Part shown: positions 24,086 to 30,395 of the stretch, one piece after another
Layout of the letters: each line of letters starts with the position of its first letter
Position numbering within the stretch: position 1 is the first letter of the stretch
From: a virus
Lineage: Duplodnaviria; Caudoviricetes
Strand: one strand, 5' to 3'
Virus record (IMG/VR): IMGVR_UViG_3300031848_000025
Span: 1-30,395 of that record
DNA length: 30,395 nt
Notes under the pieces: model-generated
Seen by the model: only the letters and a program-made list of their open reading frames with translations
Database searches by the model: none
What the model was told of the DNA's origin: nothing
Made by a program: the position numbers and the translations under genes

Positions 24086-27000
24086 TTAACAGTCACAGTT
24101 TATAGTTGATATAGATACTCCGGAAGCACTAACCGGTGAGTATGTTGGGTAGGTAGCTGAGCATAGCTCAAATACGTTACCTCCTAGTAATGATAAAGTT
24201 CCTCCACTCCAAGTTATTAAAATAGTTGTACTACCTGTATTAGTAACCTTATATTCGACATCTCGAACAGGATTTGTAGGGCAGGAACATTCACAACATA
24301 CAGCGTTAATTCCTACAGAGGTAGTGTCGGTGTCATGACAAAGGAAGCTAGGTGTAGGACCTCTTAAATCCCAAACAAGGTAAAGCTTCTTGTCAACGCC
24401 TGTTATAGTCCCTAAGTTGAACTCTGACGAGAACGAAGGGTTGCTGCCTAAAGGAGTTGTGCTATTAAGCAGAGGTATTAGTGTGGTTAAGTCAGACTCA
24501 GTATTGTCGTAATCAACATCTGTAACTAACCATTTAAACGAATCATTAGGTAAGTTATTCGGATTATTTCTAACATCAAAAGAATCAGTCTGAGACTTAG
24601 TAGTCATCATTGTAACATCTAAGCCACTTGAAGGTATAGGTCCTTGACCCTGAAAACCTGTGTAAGATGCAAATGATGATGCATGTATATTGCTTAAGCT
24701 AGAAGAGAAATTCACTACTTGATTAGAACTGTAATTAGTTTGAGTACCCACATCATAGCTCCAATTATTATGAATTGATTTTCCGGAATCTGAATCACTT
24801 GTAAGGACTATAGATACAACCGTTAATGGGTTGGCTACAGGGCATTTAGACTCAACCTCAACAATAGTGGTTTCTGTTGGAGATGTATTGGTTAGAACAA
24901 CAGTGGCTATGTTTGGAGATATTAAATCTTTTGTAAACCCAAGTGTAGTCGAAGAGCTCCCCGCTAATACTTGGCTAATCACAGAGTTACCGTTCCAAGT
25001 AACGCTTACTGTAATTCCTGTACTTGACAAAACATTAACATCAAATTCAACATTACCTAAGTCGTTTCCAAAATCAATCTGATACGATGTTACACCTGAA
25101 TCTAACTCTTGGTCTGTTGTGAATTGATTTCTAGAACCGCAAGAATAAATCTTAGCCTCTTCAGGTAAAGATATGTCGTTGTTTGTTAAAACATACTCAT
25201 TCATGTACGGGTCAAATGCCCCAATCTTTTGCGTATTAAAGTTATTAGCAAATAAGTCTCTAAACCAAGAGCGCATACCGAACTCTGAAATCACGTTAAG
25301 ACTTTCATTGGCAGCCCCACTACCTTTTAGCTGAATTAAAGCGCCTCTCTTGGCATCAGTAAAGAACTTACTACTCCCGTGGGATGTAAAGCTTTCTGCG
25401 TTAGCGCTAATACCAAAGTTCTCTACTCTAGCAATCTGCTGACCTAAAACCTCAGGTACAGACGTTAAGACTCCTCCTCCTGAAGAGTCGGTAAGCAAAC
25501 TCTTACTAGATAGAACGTATGAAATCTTATCCTCTTGAAGGGTAAGGATGTCAGTCTCTCTAGCAAACATCTTATTTATAGGTCCAAAAGAATTCTCAAG
25601 AGGTTTAAAGTTCGATAAACCTAAGTTAAACTCATTTAATCTATTAATATTAGTCTCGTCATTAAATACGCCGCTGTATGTTATATCAGAAGACCTGTGA
25701 GCTCTTTTGTAGTCTTGTTCGGAAACCGTTGTAACGCGATTACCTAATCTCATAGCCTTACCTGTTATTGAGTCTCTAACCTTGTAGCTCTCAACTCCAT
25801 TTCCAAATGTGTAGCAATTACCGAAATTTAACGTAAGGCTTGCGTCAACACTATAGGTTTGATTTATATCACCTGAAATATTTGATTCGTGGTATCCGTC
25901 AATGCTGATAGGGTATGAGTCTTGACCTTCGTACCAAACGTCAGGAAGGCTATCTTTAGGTAGTGTTTCGAATACAATAGCGCCATTAGCTAGCACTACA
26001 GATATGGTTACATGAACATTAGAAGAACCACCTGTAAATGCGGGGCATGCCTCGAATCCATTAACGCTAAAGGTTATTTCTTTAGATGTGCTATCCTGAG
26101 CCATGTGGCACGTTGCTTTCTTGTCTGAGTTAGGAGAGAATGTTCCGTAAGATAGAGAAGCGCCTCCGGAAGAAGTTCCACTCCCTACTGTGGTAGCTAT
26201 GTTATCTCCATCCCACCAAGCCTTAAGGTCTTCGTAGTCTGTAGTCGGAGAGTAAACTCTATTAAGTTTATACGACCAATAGTCACAGTGAGATGAGTGT
26301 TCATTCCGATATATATCTATATTTAAACGAATAATAGAACCACGAGGGATAGCGTAGTTAGGGTAAACGCCTAGTACAGCATCTCCGCTTTCTAGTCCGT
26401 CGTATATTAACGTAGCTCTACCGTGACCATCCTTACTGCTTGTTTCTAGACCCGGGTTTATGTATTGACCACTACCATAGGAAGCGGCGAAATCGGAAGC
26501 TAACATTTTCATGTAAGTACCTGCGGGTGTGGTAAGCCCTGAAATCCCTGTATCAATATCTCCTTCCGGTATTGATTCTTTCGTTAAAACAGTTCCGTAT
26601 GCGCATCCATTCGGAACACCTGAAGAGGACCTCTTTACTATATATCTATCTCCTTCTTCTACTTTCGCAATATTTTCTCCTTCTAACTTAAAGTAAGTGT
26701 AGTTCGTGAGTAATTCATTAAAGTAGATTAGAGAATAGATAGTCTCATATCCTTCAGCATCAGGCTTTACTGCGAACTTATATCTTTTAGCGAAATCAGG
26801 GGCTATCTGAGTTTCAGGGATAGTAATTTTAAGTTTGTTTTGCAACCAACTCGCATTGCAAGGGACATGTATGTTGTTTTCATTACTAACGAGTGCTGTA
26901 GTAGTTCTATTAAACTCATCTACATACATTATAGCGACCTCGTATCCTCTATTACTATGAAGACTTAGTGGTGATGCTACCTTCTGAATTGATACGTTAA

Positions 27001-28684
27001 TTTCTGATATATCGTATAATTCATATACAGTATTTGTGTCAGACGGGTTGTTTATGTCTGACGTGTAACCCATAGCTATGGTTACTAAGCCAAGGGTTAG
27101 GTTAGAGCCTTCAGTATGTATAGGGGATGGAACTATATCTATACCACTTTGGAATTTAGTGTATACACCTAACTCTAACGGGAGCGCTTCGTTGATAACG
27201 TCAGTAAAAGTATTACCGTCGATAGCATTAGGAACTTCCTGTATGTTGTCAATAGTACCCATCTTTTCCTGAAAGTCAATACTAGACACTAGTTCTGCAA
27301 ATGTATTGTATGAATCTATAAGTCTGTAAGAAAAACTAACAGTAGTCTTAAGTGTGGTCTCGGTAGGATTAGGTGCTCCGTTAACGTCATAGAAAGAACT
27401 ATGAGTCATAGCGAAATTAATGGTCACGTTAGAGCCTGCCTTTAAGCTATCGACGTCTTGGAATAAAGCTAGCAAAGCTCCGTCTGACGAGCTACCTCCT
27501 GCTATTCCGTAGGTAGAGGCTACCTCTATCTCGTCGTTAGGGTAGACGTACCCTAGCTCAATGGATTCGTAATCAACCCTATAGTCTAGTCTAGTTTTTT
27601 CATCTCCTCTACTAAGGTTGTATCCCTCAATGTAGTTTCCGTACATAATTCTATTACTCATAACTGTTTGAGCGTTAGCTAGAAGCGGTACATTATCGTA
27701 TAACCTAAGTATCTCTGCTGATGATAGTATAGTAAATATCTTACTATCTTCAAATAAGTACTCTAAGTTTATATTGTCTAATATATTAAGCTCCTTCTTG
27801 TCTATAGACTCAATAACTTTTATTGTGCTAGATGCTGATTCTTTAAATAGAATATCAATAGCAACAACATCACTACCTCCCGAGTTATACGTAAGTGTAG
27901 CTGAGTCGGTAGAATTAACCATTCCTTCATTTAGGAATGTATCAGAGTTTAGGGAAAATTCTTGCGGAGTAAATAATGGATTAGTAAATTGAGATGTAGC
28001 TGAGTATTCATTATTGCTATACCTGTATCTATAAGAGAAACAGATAAACCTCTCGTGCATAAATGTGTCTCCTTCAACAGCTTGAAGGGCTAGCGTACTA
28101 GGTGCATATGCCGGTGGTTTTACAATAACAAGAATGTCTTCAGCATCAAAAGTATCTACACCACCAACTGATGCAGCGTACCCGTAAGAGCTTTCTACGT
28201 TTATTCTTCTTGGAGGGTTATAGTTGTCTGTAAAGAAAAGTAAGTCACCAACCTTATTAACGTTATTTATAAGGTACGTAGGGTTAAAGTTTAACGTGGT
28301 GTTAGTAATGTCTAGAGCGTTTTTAAAACTAACTATATGGTAGTTAAGTATCTCGTTCTTCGTGTTAAACGATACAATTAAATCAGCCTTACCTGTAGCT
28401 GTAGAAGCATTAGATGAGTCGTGTATAAACCAATAAATAGTTTCGTTTACACCATCTTCAAAAGCCCCAATACATCTAGCATTAGCACTTAGCGGCGCTC
28501 CATCTATAGTAACCGTAGTTAAAAGAGTATTTCCCTTAGAGTTTTCTACAGAACCAATCTCTGAATCCTCAGTTGAACCCAACCGAACATTCATTGCATC
28601 CACATACTCACCGTTAGGAACAAGTCTCTCGTCTACAGACTTATTCATTCTACCTGCTATGAAATTTCTCTTGCTATTTGCCAT
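24086..28684 (-). CDS. Tail nozzle/muzzle (stabilisation) protein, N-terminal part plus appended domains (1532 aa)
   Basis: GRMNKSVDERLVPNGEYVDAMNVR, LLFFTDNYNPPRRIN, FSYRYRY..NEYS, NRIMYGNY, N.LNEF, FGIS.N.ESF, FFTD.KRG motifs typical of crAss-like stabilisation proteins. Confidence 0.78.
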   Translation of the reverse strand: MANSKRNFIAGRMNKSVDERLVPNGEYVDAMNVRLGSTEDSEIGSVENSKGNTLLTTVTIDGAPLSANARCIGAFEDGVNETIYWFIHDSSNASTATGKADLIVSFNTKNEILNYHIVSFKNALDITNTTLNFNPTYLINNVNKVGDLLFFTDNYNPPRRINVESSYGYAASVGGVDTFDAEDILVIVKPPAYAPSTLALQAVEGDTFMHERFICFSYRYRYSNNEYSATSQFTNPLFTPQEFSLNSDTFLNEGMVNSTDSATLTYNSGGSDVVAIDILFKESASSTIKVIESIDKKELNILDNINLEYLFEDSKIFTILSSAEILRLYDNVPLLANAQTVMSNRIMYGNYIEGYNLSRGDEKTRLDYRVDYESIELGYVYPNDEIEVASTYGIAGGSSSDGALLALFQDVDSLKAGSNVTINFAMTHSSFYDVNGAPNPTETTLKTTVSFSYRLIDSYNTFAELVSSIDFQEKMGTIDNIQEVPNAIDGNTFTDVINEALPLELGVYTKFQSGIDIVPSPIHTEGSNLTLGLVTIAMGYTSDINNPSDTNTVYELYDISEINVSIQKVASPLSLHSNRGYEVAIMYVDEFNRTTTALVSNENNIHVPCNASWLQNKLKITIPETQIAPDFAKRYKFAVKPDAEGYETIYSLIYFNELLTNYTYFKLEGENIAKVEEGDRYIVKRSSSGVPNGCAYGTVLTKESIPEGDIDTGISGLTTPAGTYMKMLASDFAASYGSGQYINPGLETSSKDGHGRATLIYDGLESGDAVLGVYPNYAIPRGSIIRLNIDIYRNEHSSHCDYWSYKLNRVYSPTTDYEDLKAWWDGDNIATTVGSGTSSGGASLSYGTFSPNSDKKATCHMAQDSTSKEITFSVNGFEACPAFTGGSSNVHVTISVVLANGAIVFETLPKDSLPDVWYEGQDSYPISIDGYHESNISGDINQTYSVDASLTLNFGNCYTFGNGVESYKVRDSITGKAMRLGNRVTTVSEQDYKRAHRSSDITYSGVFNDETNINRLNEFNLGLSNFKPLENSFGPINKMFARETDILTLQEDKISYVLSSKSLLTDSSGGGVLTSVPEVLGQQIARVENFGISANAESFTSHGSSKFFTDAKRGALIQLKGSGAANESLNVISEFGMRSWFRDLFANNFNTQKIGAFDPYMNEYVLTNNDISLPEEAKIYSCGSRNQFTTDQELDSGVTSYQIDFGNDLGNVEFDVNVLSSTGITVSVTWNGNSVISQVLAGSSSTTLGFTKDLISPNIATVVLTNTSPTETTIVEVESKCPVANPLTVVSIVLTSDSDSGKSIHNNWSYDVGTQTNYSSNQVVNFSSSLSNIHASSFASYTGFQGQGPIPSSGLDVTMMTTKSQTDSFDVRNNPNNLPNDSFKWLVTDVDYDNTESDLTTLIPLLNSTTPLGSNPSFSSEFNLGTITGVDKKLYLVWDLRGPTPSFLCHDTDTTSVGINAVCCECSCPTNPVRDVEYKVTNTGSTTILITWSGGTLSLLGGNVFELCSATYPTYSPVSASGVSISTINCDC

Positions 28685-28685
28685 A

Positions 28686-29609
28686 TTACTTAATCCACTT
28701 GTTTTGTCCTCTTAGATTCATAAGCAACCTACCGGGATGAATATTACTGATTCTTATCTTAGCGTTTCTTAATAAAGAGGATTTCTTTTTCTTAGCCCTA
28801 TTGACTACATACTCCTGAACACCAAGCTTACTGTCTAGTATAGAGTACTGAACGTATGCGTAGACAAATTCTTCAAATAACTTATTTACAGTAATTAGCG
28901 AGTTATCGCCACCCTCCATGCCATCAGATACATATTCAACTATAACGCTTCTTCCTGACATAGTCGAGTCGAAGTTTATAACGCCTGCCTTGGCGTCAAT
29001 TCTAAAAGTAGGGTTAGCGTTAGCCGTTTCCGTGTTAAGCCCGTAGCGAGCTCCTATGGCATAGTCAAAGAACCATGAGCCGTCAACATTGTATCCTTCG
29101 TTTCCGTCAAACGCGCTATTATCATTTAGGTATATACTTTTCTTAGTTCCTTTAATTCTAGCAATATCTAAGTTTGAGAACTCAGGCTTAAGAACACTAC
29201 CCTCTTCGTCAAATAATATATCAGAATTATTATCCTGTAAGTAAGCCGTAGCTGACGTAAGTCTAATGTTTTCTGTAAGAGGTCTAAGTATTCCATTCTC
29301 AAATAGAGATACCCTTACCCAATTCACGTAGTCTGAAGGTAAAATAAACCTAGATGTATCGTTAACGGTGAGCTCAAGGGCTTTAACCTCCTTAAACGCA
29401 TCATAATTAAGCTCTTGTATAGCTCTCTTAGCATGGAACAGTATCCTGTACCTCTCTTCGTTATTAACCAAAGAGTGGTTACCCTGATACATCAACATGA
29501 AGTTGTTTACAATATCCTTTAAACTTACGTATTGGTACGAACCCCAATTAGCGTCTTCAGGAGATGCTCCATCATTTTCGTAGTACTGATACTGAGATAT
29601 ATATGCCAT
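28686..29609 (-). CDS. Tail ring/adaptor (tubular) structural protein (307 aa)
   Basis: HAKRAIQEL.YD, ILPSDYVNWVR, VEYVSDG motifs; directly upstream of the nozzle gene. Confidence 0.7.
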   Translation of the reverse strand: MAYISQYQYYENDGASPEDANWGSYQYVSLKDIVNNFMLMYQGNHSLVNNEERYRILFHAKRAIQELNYDAFKEVKALELTVNDTSRFILPSDYVNWVRVSLFENGILRPLTENIRLTSATAYLQDNNSDILFDEEGSVLKPEFSNLDIARIKGTKKSIYLNDNSAFDGNEGYNVDGSWFFDYAIGARYGLNTETANANPTFRIDAKAGVINFDSTMSGRSVIVEYVSDGMEGGDNSLITVNKLFEEFVYAYVQYSILDSKLGVQEYVVNRAKKKKSSLLRNAKIRISNIHPGRLLMNLRGQNKWIK

Positions 29610-30340
29610 TATTGTTGTATGTTATTTTCTTGTTCCTCTGTCTTTGCAAATCTGTAAACCATCTCCTCGCGAATCTCAACTCCTGCGTACTGACATATCT
29701 TTATGATAAGGTCGTTAGCGTTGTCTAGAGGCACTTCAAAGTCTTGATAATCAACCGCTGAAGGGTTGAATATAGGTCCTTGTAATGCTAGAGCAGTATT
29801 GTACGTCCAATTAGGTGGCTTAGGGTATCTAATGTATTGAGCTCTTACGTCTGAAGAAGCACTAAACGATACCGGTTGTACGGTCAGAATAGAACCTTCG
29901 CTACTGTATGCCGGAAAGTCAAGACTAGGAGCTGTAAGTATAGAATTATTCAGCATAGTAATCTTGCTCTGACTAACTCTCTCAGCTTCACCTCTAAAGA
30001 TGTTATCCTTAAAGCATAGCACTTTATTTATAAGGTAGTAGTCTGAACCTGTAGTAGCCACAGATGGCATCCTATACGTGTTTATTGATAAATGGTCTAA
30101 CGTCTTAGTTGTAGAGAATAAATCTATAACCTCAAGTATACCTTTAGTTATATCTGCGTACTCCGTACCCGACTTGCGGTTATTCTCTAGATTCAACTGA
30201 GTGTTGTAGCTATAGAAATAGTTCTCGAAAATCTCTAACTGAGCCTGCTTAGCATATAAGTTAAAGTCTGAGGGCGAAAGGTATCCGTAGTTATTCTTGT
30301 TAAGTATAGCAAGGACTGTGTTTCTTATTGAATCAATCAT
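29609..30340 (-). CDS. Tail ring/adaptor structural protein (243 aa)
   Basis: NK.NYGYLSP.DFN..A.QAQ, YIRYPK.P.W, DFE motifs; TAATG overlap with the next gene. Confidence 0.7.
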   Translation of the reverse strand: MIDSIRNTVLAILNKNNYGYLSPSDFNLYAKQAQLEIFENYFYSYNTQLNLENNRKSGTEYADITKGILEVIDLFSTTKTLDHLSINTYRMPSVATTGSDYYLINKVLCFKDNIFRGEAERVSQSKITMLNNSILTAPSLDFPAYSSEGSILTVQPVSFSASSDVRAQYIRYPKPPNWTYNTALALQGPIFNPSAVDYQDFEVPLDNANDLIIKICQYAGVEIREEMVYRFAKTEEQENNIQQ

Positions 30341-30355
30341 CTTAAAATCTTTTTA

Positions 30356-30363
30356 CAAATATA
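30356..30363 (-). promoter_or_regulatory. Bacteroidota-type -7 box TATATTTG
   Basis: Intergenic, 15 nt before ATG 30340, just after a terminator. Confidence 0.7.
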
Positions 30364-30366
30364 ATC

Positions 30367-30395
30367 AAAAAAAAAGAGCCCTATAAAAAGGCTCT
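30367..30395 (-). terminator. Intrinsic terminator of the upstream (off-window) gene
   Basis: On - strand AGAGCC-N9-GGCTCT running into a T9 tract; at the window edge. Confidence 0.7.

Larger units (their letters stand above)
1..30395. mobile_element. Segment of a Bacteroidota podovirus-like phage genome (replication module +, virion module -)
   Basis: Tightly packed phage-type genes in two convergent operons, no host housekeeping genes, TAnnTTTG promoter boxes, tail ring/nozzle-like and ejected-protein genes. No integrase or att site in the window. Confidence 0.93.

Noticed and set aside
11600-27992. + strand ORFs inside the virion operon and the 15105..15287 alternate-frame ORF
   Set aside because: Typical antisense shadows from codon bias. 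15105..15287 overlaps a globular region of the host protein and shows no recognisable features, unlike 16896..17054.
23065-28684. Diversity-generating retroelement target
   Set aside because: No reverse transcriptase in the window and no template/variable repeat pair noticed.
1-30395. Stop-codon reassignment (TAG or TGA) as in some crAss-like phages
   Set aside because: Long genes are intact under the standard code, and TAG/TGA end genes at sensible points, e.g. after DDNLPF and in ATGA overlaps.

Overview
A 30.4-kb segment of a dsDNA tailed phage, most likely a podovirus of Bacteroidota (Flavobacteria-type) distantly related to crAss-like/Cellulophaga phages. The host call rests on TAnnTTTG -7 promoter boxes, A-rich starts without Shine-Dalgarno motifs, a BT4734/VirE-N primase and crAss-like tail genes. 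The + strand (1-10872) carries small early genes and a recombination/replication module: Sak-like annealase, PD-(D/E)XK exonuclease, SSB-like protein, primase-SF3 helicase, MazG, SF2 helicase, VRR-NUC, metallophosphoesterase and two DnaA-domain-IV-like proteins. It converges at a terminator (~10871-10905) on a - strand virion module: two ring/tail-tube genes, a split nozzle/muzzle gene, a GNAT protein and three putative ejected proteins, the last a 2675-aa polyvalent protein. Main unexplained signals: (i) a 52-aa basic gene (MPFKSQAQR...) apparently overprinted inside the giant gene; (ii) a 17-23 bp 'LKQD-stop' junction repeat that brackets a whole gene like a cassette; (iii) an H-type pseudoknot in the ssb leader; (iv) an iteron-like TYAACAY array before the primase; (v) an A10 slippery site plus structure near the start of the giant gene; (vi) apparent absence of CCAG/CTGG and GATC. 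Family assignments come from motif recognition by eye, not database searches.
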